Below are positions 49,197-57,585 of a stretch of 64,000 nt of DNA, one piece after another (position 1 is the first letter of the stretch; each line of letters starts with the position of its first letter). The DNA comes from a virus (taxonomy: Duplodnaviria > Caudoviricetes), in IMG/VR virus record IMGVR_UViG_2684623128_000006, positions 1-64,000 of that record; one strand, given 5' to 3'. The position numbers and the translations under genes were made by a program. A model generated the notes under the pieces. The model saw nothing but the letters and a program-made list of their open reading frames with translations. It did no database searches and had not been told where the DNA came from.

Positions 49197-51824
49197 TTAT
49201 GGCTTGATGTAGCGGATCGAGAAATGCGAACCCTGAATAGGCGTGGATGCACCTCTGTCTAAGAATTGAATAAGCTCACCGTAGTATAATTTTCCTACCC
49301 ATCGACAAGTCGTTGGCACGGCATCGAAGTCGTTGGAATCACTTTGAGCCTCCGCTATAATTTTATTGCTTTTGGCGATTGCAGAGTACACAGTCGATGA
49401 GTTTGAAGCATTGCGGCGTCGTATCGCAGTCCATTCAATTTCGTAATACCCCTCAACACGAACATCAAAACCAGCAACCGGAGCGTTGTAGTTAATCAAA
49501 TCAAACGGATCGAGGAAGCATCCTATCCAATTCTTGAACTCCCATGTAATGCCATCTATCGTAAGATTGCCCTCTCTTAGCCCCGCATTACAGCCCAAGG
49601 CAACCTCTCCAGCGCGTGATGAAACACCCGCTAGTTTACTATCAACGTAGTCTTTACGTGCGAGAGAGTTACCAGCCGAGCTCTGAGGCGAACCTGCATA
49701 TACATTGCCGTCCTTAATGTCTACATACTTACTGCGGCGGTTAGTGTAGAAGCGCATCCGACCCTCTGAGTTAGATAGGATCTGAATACCAGAACGGATA
49801 TTGGTGCCATCATAGTAAGAGGCTAACGCCCAATGCGCACTTGAACTATCTTTACAGTTGATACTGAATCCCGCACGGCCATTCGTCGCCCATGACGAAT
49901 CCATAAAACTATTATCCATACGAACGGCATCATTCGAACCACTCCAAGAACCCGCCGTAAACTCACCATCAGTACGAACCAGTGAGCTACCGAAAAAGAT
50001 ACCAGAAGTAAACTTTCCTAAATCATTGATGCGAAGCCAGTTGCCGTCTGTATTACGAAATGCAGCTCGCCCACCTAATGAAATGCTCTGATTGAGCATT
50101 ACATCAATCCCTTTAGCAAAGGTGAACGAGGAGTAAGAGTAAAAGCCGCTGGTGGCCTCTGTCTCCATGTGGCACCAAGATGAATTACGAGAACCAATCC
50201 AAGTTTTCTTTGTAGAGTAATCAAGCTCTAAACCCTTTCCATCAACAGAGTTAATTGCCCCTAAGTCTTTATTGTAAGACGTATAGCTAGTGACCATTCG
50301 CCCTTTGACAATACCCGCTGGCTGGCTTGCCCCCTTATTGCTAACGTATGGCGTTATGGTGTGACTACACATGTATCGAATAAGAATGTTCGTACTGTAG
50401 GCACTACGTGTTTTTACATAGATGGCGTAATTGTCACCGCTAGTATTTACCCAACCAAACTCACTAAAGGGTAAGCCGCTAGGATGGTCTGTAATAACCT
50501 GACCATTTAGACCTTTAGGGTTTCCGTTACTGGCTCTCAGAATCATTTGATGTCGTGACGACTGATAGTGCAAGTCAGTGTTAAAGCCAGCACCACCAAA
50601 GAACTCAATAACCGCAGTAGAGCTTGATTGAGGCATCGTTACATTGGCAACCAAACACCAAGAGTTGTCACTACCTAAAGAGGTGCGCACAACCTCTGTA
50701 CGGTTAAACGCCTCTGTAACGACTTTATTCCCTTGTACTTCGATAGGGACACTGGAACTAAGCTTTGATCGAGTCAGGTCTAACTTGGCGTCCCCTCCAT
50801 TATGAGCACCACCCACCGCGATTTGAACGTAAGCATCCGACGAATTAGAACCGTTCGTTAAGTAAACCGCCCGACGATTACCAATCAACCCGTACCCGTC
50901 CAGCTTAACTTGCTCGCTCGATGGAACGTTATTACCAGCGCGAGTGCCTTGCACTTCAACACTACGATTCGAAGATACCGACTCTGTAGCGTTTAGGGAG
51001 CCGTATAGTGTTGATTCACCACCTTTGCGGATCTTTAATCGACTTGAAACGTCACTTTCTACAACCTCAAAGGTGCCATCGGTTTTCGTTTCAACATGAA
51101 AGCGCTTACCTGCATGACCTATGTGCAATTGAGAAACATCGGAACTGCCCTCATCAATGAGTAGGCCACCAGTCAATGTACCGCCTGACAGTTTTAGGTA
51201 GCGGCCATCGGCTTGCGCTTGAGTCATCTTTGAGGCTGCAAGGTCATACGCTTTCTTAACGGCACCTGCCGCCGCAAATTTCACATCGCTAGCATCATTA
51301 ACCGCTGCTGTGAATGCGTAGTTCGGCACGTTTGATAGACCAACTTGAGCTTTCGTAACCTTGTGTGGGTTCGAGTTGTCTGATTTGTGTTGAGCAATGT
51401 TGGTTGTAATGGCCGCTACCGCATCTTCTTGATCCATGAGCGCGTCACCAAGCTCTTTGATTGTATCGAGCGCTTCTGCTGGCGCACCACCAATCAAAGT
51501 ACTAATACGGTTGTCAGTGTGGGTATTTGCGTTCGTCTCTGCTTGTTCTGCGCGGTCATAAGCTGCGTTACCGCGATTTAAACCCTCGATGCCTTTGTCG
51601 TATGCCTGTTTAACAGCACCAGCGGTCGCAAGTTTGCTGTTGGACGCATCTGTTACCGAGCTGGTGGCCGGATAGTTTGGTACGTTACCTAAGCCTACTT
51701 GTGCCTTTGTGACTCCGTGCGGGTTCGTTTTATTGCTAGCGTGTTCATCCACTTTTGTTGTGATTTCTTCACGCAATTTTCGAGCTGGACTACCACCAAC
51801 TTGAGTCAATTTTTTTAATGCCAT
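49197..51824 (-). CDS. Tail fibre / receptor-binding protein
   Basis: NPHGVTKAQVGLGNV repeats, LDTIKELGDAL, YLKLSGGTLTG. Confidence 0.85.
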   Translation of the reverse strand: MALKKLTQVGGSPARKLREEITTKVDEHASNKTNPHGVTKAQVGLGNVPNYPATSSVTDASNSKLATAGAVKQAYDKGIEGLNRGNAAYDRAEQAETNANTHTDNRISTLIGGAPAEALDTIKELGDALMDQEDAVAAITTNIAQHKSDNSNPHKVTKAQVGLSNVPNYAFTAAVNDASDVKFAAAGAVKKAYDLAASKMTQAQADGRYLKLSGGTLTGGLLIDEGSSDVSQLHIGHAGKRFHVETKTDGTFEVVESDVSSRLKIRKGGESTLYGSLNATESVSSNRSVEVQGTRAGNNVPSSEQVKLDGYGLIGNRRAVYLTNGSNSSDAYVQIAVGGAHNGGDAKLDLTRSKLSSSVPIEVQGNKVVTEAFNRTEVVRTSLGSDNSWCLVANVTMPQSSSTAVIEFFGGAGFNTDLHYQSSRHQMILRASNGNPKGLNGQVITDHPSGLPFSEFGWVNTSGDNYAIYVKTRSAYSTNILIRYMCSHTITPYVSNKGASQPAGIVKGRMVTSYTSYNKDLGAINSVDGKGLELDYSTKKTWIGSRNSSWCHMETEATSGFYSYSSFTFAKGIDVMLNQSISLGGRAAFRNTDGNWLRINDLGKFTSGIFFGSSLVRTDGEFTAGSWSGSNDAVRMDNSFMDSSWATNGRAGFSINCKDSSSAHWALASYYDGTNIRSGIQILSNSEGRMRFYTNRRSKYVDIKDGNVYAGSPQSSAGNSLARKDYVDSKLAGVSSRAGEVALGCNAGLREGNLTIDGITWEFKNWIGCFLDPFDLINYNAPVAGFDVRVEGYYEIEWTAIRRRNASNSSTVYSAIAKSNKIIAEAQSDSNDFDAVPTTCRWVGKLYYGELIQFLDRGASTPIQGSHFSIRYIKP

Positions 51825-51918
51825 TCAGAAATATGCCTTTCTCAATTCAATGACCAGCAACTCCGACAAAGCGCCGGAGCACATCGTTAATGGGGAAGTA
51901 GGAAAGGAAAGGTCATGT

Positions 51919-53037
51919 TTACTTGAAGCCGATAACCGTCACGATGTCGCCAGCTTGTAGCTGTTCACCGAACGTGATTGTGTTACCAGATAGACTCCAT
52001 ACACCTGCGTTCTGCATTACGCCGCAAACGCTTAGAACAAGGATTGCTGAGACTGTACCCGCAGGCAGAGCCACCGTAGTTGATGCAGATTCGACAGTAA
52101 TATCCACCGTTCGGATCGCGTCTTTGATTGAGGCGCCTAGACTATCCTTGGTGGCATACTTACCGTCAGATTCCGCTTTGGTGTATGACGCGCCGCTAGC
52201 TGCTAGACCGCTACGCGCTTGTGAAATGATTTGCGATTTAGTGGTGTTCTCAAGCTTCGCTGCGTTAACGGCAGTTGCGCCAGCGTCTAGTGCGCCCACG
52301 TCTTCTGCGGTTAGCTCGACGTTTGCGCTTAGCGCGTGACCGTTGATGGTGCGAGTCTTTGGCACTGCATTCACAACGCGAGAGTCGTTACCCTGCATCA
52401 CTGTGTTAGCGCTAGTGCCGAAGTTTTTGTTGAATGCTGTTTTTTTCTCAAACGCTGGTTCCGCGCCAACGTCAGTCGCTTCAAGCACTACGTTACCGCG
52501 CTGACCATTAACCGACGAAACGGCGTCAGTCGGTGTTAATAGTTCTTGCCAGTTCGCTAGTGTGCTCGCTGGTTGGCGCATAAGAACGAATGATATACGC
52601 AGATCCGAACGGATTGCCATATCACCCTCTTGCGCTGTAAGAGCAAGCATTTCCGCTTCTGACTTAACAGGGAACGTTTCTTTGATAGCGATAGCTGGCA
52701 ATTGGCCTTGTGGGATCTTACCAGTGCTATCTAGTGTAGCCACACCCTCTGCAACGCCTTTCTTGTTGTTAGGGATGTAGTCGTGCGTGTGGCTTGCTGG
52801 CGCTGCGCCCACATCTGAGTGAGTCAGAGTCACATCGCCCGTTAGTGGTTTGTTATTGATAGTGCGAGAAGTTGGGACAAGATTGGAGCGCGCTTCACTG
52901 ACAACTTGTGCCTTGGTTTTCCCCTCTAGTTTTGATGAGTCTGTTGCGCGAGCGCCCGCTGGTAATGCACCAACGTCTTGCGCTGAAAGATCAGAAACAA
53001 GACGGTTGATGCGAGTTAATTTGTTTTGTGTAGCCAT
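51919..53037 (-). CDS. Tail-fibre-associated protein
   Basis: RTINNKPLTGDVTL repeats, GVATLDSTGKIP, VSSVNGQRGNVVL. Confidence 0.8.
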   Translation of the reverse strand: MATQNKLTRINRLVSDLSAQDVGALPAGARATDSSKLEGKTKAQVVSEARSNLVPTSRTINNKPLTGDVTLTHSDVGAAPASHTHDYIPNNKKGVAEGVATLDSTGKIPQGQLPAIAIKETFPVKSEAEMLALTAQEGDMAIRSDLRISFVLMRQPASTLANWQELLTPTDAVSSVNGQRGNVVLEATDVGAEPAFEKKTAFNKNFGTSANTVMQGNDSRVVNAVPKTRTINGHALSANVELTAEDVGALDAGATAVNAAKLENTTKSQIISQARSGLAASGASYTKAESDGKYATKDSLGASIKDAIRTVDITVESASTTVALPAGTVSAILVLSVCGVMQNAGVWSLSGNTITFGEQLQAGDIVTVIGFK

Positions 53038-53108
53038 AAAAAATCCAATTTCGTTGTTAGTAAAAAGGGCATTTATGGGGAATAGGGCTAGGGGAATTTG
53101 AAAACTGA

Positions 53109-54368
53109 TTAGCCGACCAAGGTGATCTCCGTTCCTGCTGCAATTTCGTCAACAAACTGGATAACATCACCGTCCGGTGAGATGGTGTAAGCAATATCTT
53201 TTGATTGCTGCACACCCTGTAGGAACACCAGCTTAATCGCGCGTTCTTCAAAGACTGGTGGAACAGTGAAAGTATTCGACGTACTAGCGAAGTGGCTATG
53301 GAATACTTCCATAGGCGCGCCAGCGATACCGCTGTTTATGATGGCTTCAAGGTTATCGATATGCTCTTGAAGCTCGGCAATGATAGAGCTTGAGCTTAGT
53401 GATGGGACACCTAGAGTAATCACCACTTCATCACCCGTTTCAAGTGGTTCGGCTACTTCAACCTCATTAGTGTCTTTCAAGAATTGCCAAGCACTGTCTT
53501 TGGTCTGCACGATACCTTGGATAGACAATGAATCTACTTCCGGCACTTCGTAAGGCAATGCGATTTTTGTTTCGCCACCAGACGCAATGTACGGCCAATG
53601 TTCAACCGACTTGTTGTATGCAGCAGCAGCTTTGTCGTGAACCAACTTGATGGCTCTCGCAGTGGCGTAAAGCTGATCGTTATCTACGTTTATCTGACTG
53701 GTTGCGTCCCAGTTGTTTACCAAGCTAAGGCCAACTTGCGCTTTGGTTACATGGTGCGGGTTTTCACGGTCTGCGTAGTGCGCATTGGCTTCGGCGCGCA
53801 TCGCATATTGCTTATGTGGATCGGGATGTGAAACGTGACCTTGTAGGTCATAACCGCCTTGTTCACGATCATCAAAGTTAAGGTGTTCACTTTTGAGTTG
53901 GGTAGCGCCATCTGGCACGGTAGCGCGACACAATATCAAATGATGTTCTTCAACCGCTTCCTGCGGAAGCACCTTAATTTCGGACGCTTCAATGTCTGAC
54001 GCTAAATCGACTTGTTTTGTCTTTACGCCAAACTTATAGAACGCTTCGAGCACCACATAAGAAGTGGCACCAGCCGGAATCTCCACATCAACATCGTGTT
54101 GTTGTCGAACGGTTAACACATAGTCGTCGCGCTCAACTAACGCCACGCCAAATTGTTCACCACTGCTCACACGCAGTTTCATTCCACCAGCCGGAGCACA
54201 TTCAAAACCACGGAAAATACCAGCGCGAACGATGCCGTAAAACTTACGGTTTAGGCTGTTACTGGCCAGTGGTTCTAGGTACTGCGTATCGGTGATAAGC
54301 GGTAGCGCTTGCCAGTCCGTTAGCAGTGGCGGGATGATGATCGTTTCTTCGAAGTTTGGGCGACTCAT
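53109..54368 (-). CDS. Proximal tail fibre (P1 gpS constant-region-like N-terminus)
   Basis: QYLEPLASNSLNRKFYGIVRAGIFRGF; HPDPHKQY; NPHHVTKAQVGL. Confidence 0.8.
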   Translation of the reverse strand: MSRPNFEETIIIPPLLTDWQALPLITDTQYLEPLASNSLNRKFYGIVRAGIFRGFECAPAGGMKLRVSSGEQFGVALVERDDYVLTVRQQHDVDVEIPAGATSYVVLEAFYKFGVKTKQVDLASDIEASEIKVLPQEAVEEHHLILCRATVPDGATQLKSEHLNFDDREQGGYDLQGHVSHPDPHKQYAMRAEANAHYADRENPHHVTKAQVGLSLVNNWDATSQINVDNDQLYATARAIKLVHDKAAAAYNKSVEHWPYIASGGETKIALPYEVPEVDSLSIQGIVQTKDSAWQFLKDTNEVEVAEPLETGDEVVITLGVPSLSSSSIIAELQEHIDNLEAIINSGIAGAPMEVFHSHFASTSNTFTVPPVFEERAIKLVFLQGVQQSKDIAYTISPDGDVIQFVDEIAAGTEITLVG

Positions 54369-54829
54369 TAGGCACCTACCTGCGCCAATTGAGCGCTATC
54401 CGTGCGAGCCGTGTTAATCACGATTTCTATCGATAGACCACGGTCAGAGTAGATCCAAACTGGTTGAGTGACAGCCACTAGAATCAGACCGCCGCTCGCA
54501 TCTTTCACGCCGACGCAAGAGAACTGGTATTGTTCATCTTCTGCTAGCGTACCCGCTGGCAAGTTTGCCGTTATTACGATATTGCCGTTCACATAGGCGT
54601 AGTTCGCCTTAGAACGGTAAAACACGTTTTCAACGGTTGTCTTATCCAGTGGGATAGGCATGCAGCTAGGCTTGCCCTCAATTTCTTGGATAAGGTCAAA
54701 GCCCCATTCAAGATCGCCAAATTGGAAATAAGGCTCAGTACCATTGGTAGGCAACGACGACAAGGCGCGTTCGTCGTAATAACGGTTAAGCAGTTCACAC
54801 TGCGATAGGACTACTTTTTGTGTAAGCAC
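54368..54829 (-). CDS. P1 gpR-like tail fibre/baseplate protein
   Basis: ELLNRYYDERALSS; synteny. Confidence 0.65.
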   Translation of the reverse strand: MLTQKVVLSQCELLNRYYDERALSSLPTNGTEPYFQFGDLEWGFDLIQEIEGKPSCMPIPLDKTTVENVFYRSKANYAYVNGNIVITANLPAGTLAEDEQYQFSCVGVKDASGGLILVAVTQPVWIYSDRGLSIEIVINTARTDSAQLAQVGA

Positions 54830-54885
54830 CTTTACGACCTCGTATAAGTCGTGGCGCTTTAATGGGACGGGGAATAGGAATAGGG

Positions 54886-55725
54886 TTAATAGTACCGTCT
54901 ATCAATGGAGATCGCATCTAAGGGGATCGCATCCATTCTAGGTGTACCATACATAGGGCTAACAGGGCGTTCTTCCTGTGTCGTCGTTCCAGTCTGAACG
55001 AAATCCTGTTTATAGCTTGGTGTTGATTCTATATCGGTCGTGGTCTGTTTTCCAACCGTAACATGGTCAGAATAGTTAGGTATTTCCACCATATCCATGA
55101 CTTCAAATTCAATAGAATACAATTGGCCATCTAAAACAATTCGTAATGGGATAAGAGGATGCACCACTCGCTTAATCTTCGCTTCGAATGCTCGAATGGC
55201 TTCCTCGGTAATGCCGTCCTCACCTGCAATGTCGTTCAAAGGGATGCGAATAGCACCGCGACTGGTCAGGAAAAAGTCGCTCGGGTTTAGTCCGTTTTGC
55301 AGCTCCAACTCTGACTCGGGAACTAAGAACGTGCCGTATGGAAATCGCTCTTGGTCTACTGGCGCGTAGATTCGTTCCCACTTAACACGTAACCCTTTAA
55401 ATTCACGCGCGAGCGTTGAGATAAGTGGATAAATGGTCTTTTTAAAGTGAATTTCGTCCTTACGCTGCATCACAACGTGTGGCAAGTCCTCATCGGCCAC
55501 TTCGCCTAGTGGGAAGATTTTTCGCAGCTCTTTAATGTCTTCTAGCAGCGATTCTTTGTCCATTTCGTACAGTGAAGAACGCGCTTTAAGCTTTTCAATG
55601 TATGACTCTACGTGAGTTTCAATTGACTCTGCGATCGCGCTTGCTAAATCTACCCAAGCGGTTTCCTTTTGACGCGCCTTGGTTAGCTGGCCAGATAGCC
55701 ATTTTCTGAAGTCTCCAAATGCCAT
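54886..55725 (-). CDS. P1 gp16-like baseplate protein
   Basis: QRKDEIHFKKTIYPL, WERIYAPVDQERFPYGT; synteny. Confidence 0.7.
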   Translation of the reverse strand: MAFGDFRKWLSGQLTKARQKETAWVDLASAIAESIETHVESYIEKLKARSSLYEMDKESLLEDIKELRKIFPLGEVADEDLPHVVMQRKDEIHFKKTIYPLISTLAREFKGLRVKWERIYAPVDQERFPYGTFLVPESELELQNGLNPSDFFLTSRGAIRIPLNDIAGEDGITEEAIRAFEAKIKRVVHPLIPLRIVLDGQLYSIEFEVMDMVEIPNYSDHVTVGKQTTTDIESTPSYKQDFVQTGTTTQEERPVSPMYGTPRMDAIPLDAISIDRRYY

Positions 55726-55840
55726 GTTTTTCGCCTTATTGGTGTAAAAGTTTTCGCATGCGAAAACTATACGGGATGATGTTTCTTAAAGTTCTCGCAT
55801 GCGAAAACATCCGTGTCTTTCTTGCTCCGTGCGAAAACTT

Positions 55841-57238
55841 CTATGAGTAATCGAAGTTCAGTTGAATGGTTGACGCATTCACATCTAAATAGTGGTAAGT
55901 ATCAATCGGGATGCGGTCAAGAATCCCAATAACTTCGACCTCAAACTCTTTAATGCCCAAAGTCACGTTGAGCTCTTGGATGACATCCCAAATTTGGTTT
56001 TTGGTAATGCGCTCATTGCGACTTGTCTGTTTGCCAAATTTCTCATCTAACGCATCGGCCAGTACCTTTGTCGCCCATTCTGGATTTGAACTTGGGTAAA
56101 GCTTACCTTTGACCGTCACGGTAAATGGCACGTCCTTACGCTCCACCAGCTTATAGCGCTCGTTATAGCCCTCTCGGCCAGCGAATAGAACTTGGATTTC
56201 CTGATTCAAAATCTCGTCGGTTTTATCGGCAGAGTAAGCACAAATAAAGATCGTATTGATGTTGCGAACGTCCGGCGTTCCTGTGAGTTTTTCCTGCTCC
56301 GCTTCACCCCAAATCGACAACCAAGTAACACCAGAAATATTGCGCTTAACAAAGGTCATGTAATCCGAGTCCCACGCTATCTGCTCGTCATAGATTGGCG
56401 AGTAAAGGGCGTTGTTTCGGATTGATTCAATGTCTTCCGGCTCTGCACCGCCGATGACGCTGGTGGACGTTTTGATTGAGAGTTGGTCTTTATAGGCGCT
56501 TTGAATCCCCATATCGATAAGCTCTAAAGGCTGCGCATCGAGTAGGGTAGTCACACCATTAGTCAGCCATAGCTCAAACTCAATTACATCACCTGTCGCT
56601 GGCGCGCGACCGTTATTGTTGTTACCAAAACGAACGCCTAGCTGGTCGGTTGGCTTGTAATACTCCATGTAGGCTTTGGATTTGCCGTCCGTATTACGAA
56701 ACTTAAAGACGTGCGTCCATTCTTCTCCGTTCACGCGCACGATGATGTTATGAATACGCTTAGTCAGCTCTTGAGGGAACGCCACGGCCAACCAGTTTTT
56801 TCCTTCATCGACCGTGTAGGTCATCTTGGACACTTCGAACTGTTGCACCTCTACTGCGGCGCTTTCTTGCGGCATAAGATCAATGGCTTCCATTAGCGTA
56901 TAGCGCAATTGATTGTCAGCCACGCATTGGCTGTGTTTCGGCAAGGTAACGCGCTTTGTTCCAGTATTGGTCACTAGCGCACGGCCTTTCGATGGCGCTG
57001 CTTTTCGCCCTACATAGCCCTCAGTTTCAGCACCCGCCAAAATGGAGGTGCGTTTAGTGGCTAGCGTTAGGTAGGATTCTTGCAATGCACGGCTACTGAT
57101 TGCTGCCATGCGTTCAACAATCTTGGCCACAAATAAGCAAAGGTAGTCAACGAACTGCGAACCAATATGACGCGACCACCAGCTTGAACCAGCAATCGCC
57201 TCGTTAAAGGTCTTTTTGACTTCTTCTAACTTGCTCAA
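55841..57238 (-). CDS. bplA: BplA-like baseplate wedge protein
   Basis: WWSRHIGSQFV, QLGVRFG, GGAEPEDIESIR. Confidence 0.78.
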   Translation of the reverse strand: MSKLEEVKKTFNEAIAGSSWWSRHIGSQFVDYLCLFVAKIVERMAAISSRALQESYLTLATKRTSILAGAETEGYVGRKAAPSKGRALVTNTGTKRVTLPKHSQCVADNQLRYTLMEAIDLMPQESAAVEVQQFEVSKMTYTVDEGKNWLAVAFPQELTKRIHNIIVRVNGEEWTHVFKFRNTDGKSKAYMEYYKPTDQLGVRFGNNNNGRAPATGDVIEFELWLTNGVTTLLDAQPLELIDMGIQSAYKDQLSIKTSTSVIGGAEPEDIESIRNNALYSPIYDEQIAWDSDYMTFVKRNISGVTWLSIWGEAEQEKLTGTPDVRNINTIFICAYSADKTDEILNQEIQVLFAGREGYNERYKLVERKDVPFTVTVKGKLYPSSNPEWATKVLADALDEKFGKQTSRNERITKNQIWDVIQELNVTLGIKEFEVEVIGILDRIPIDTYHYLDVNASTIQLNFDYS

Positions 57239-57582
57239 AACGTAATACCTCTCTCCAACGTTTGACCGTTCACAACGATCGTCAATTTGTAGGCATCGAT
57301 ACCGTTCACGCTTGGTTCTACGGCAATGCCTTGAACCACCGCGTCTTTCACGTCAATTGGGAGGGTTAATAGGATTGAGTTTTCGATAGCTGCTGCTGTG
57401 GTTTCGTTTATTGGTTCATGTTTGTATGCCCCTAATCTGTTGCCCCATTTTGGAGCGCCCCAAACTTGGCCTTGAGGTGTATCGAGCCATTCAGAGACGC
57501 GCGCAACGATCGCGTGTTTCTCATCGGCAACCTTTACACCGTCAATATCGACCCGTAGTAAGTAATCAATTTCTTGGCTCAT
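57235..57582 (-). CDS. pmgA: PmgA-like (gp25/gpW-type) baseplate protein
   Basis: EWLDTPQGQVWGAPKWGN; synteny. Confidence 0.7.
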   Translation of the reverse strand: MSQEIDYLLRVDIDGVKVADEKHAIVARVSEWLDTPQGQVWGAPKWGNRLGAYKHEPINETTAAAIENSILLTLPIDVKDAVVQGIAVEPSVNGIDAYKLTIVVNGQTLERGITF

Positions 57583-57585
57583 CTA

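Larger units (their letters stand above)
36019..55808. repeat. 14 copies of palindrome GTTYTCGCATGCGAAAAC, candidate parS centromere sites
   Basis: Starts at 36019, 36035, 36494, 36571, 36612, 36898, 36946, 38998, 41697, 41883, 49095, 49136, 55750 and 55791; intergenic and clustered around parAB. Confidence 0.8.
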
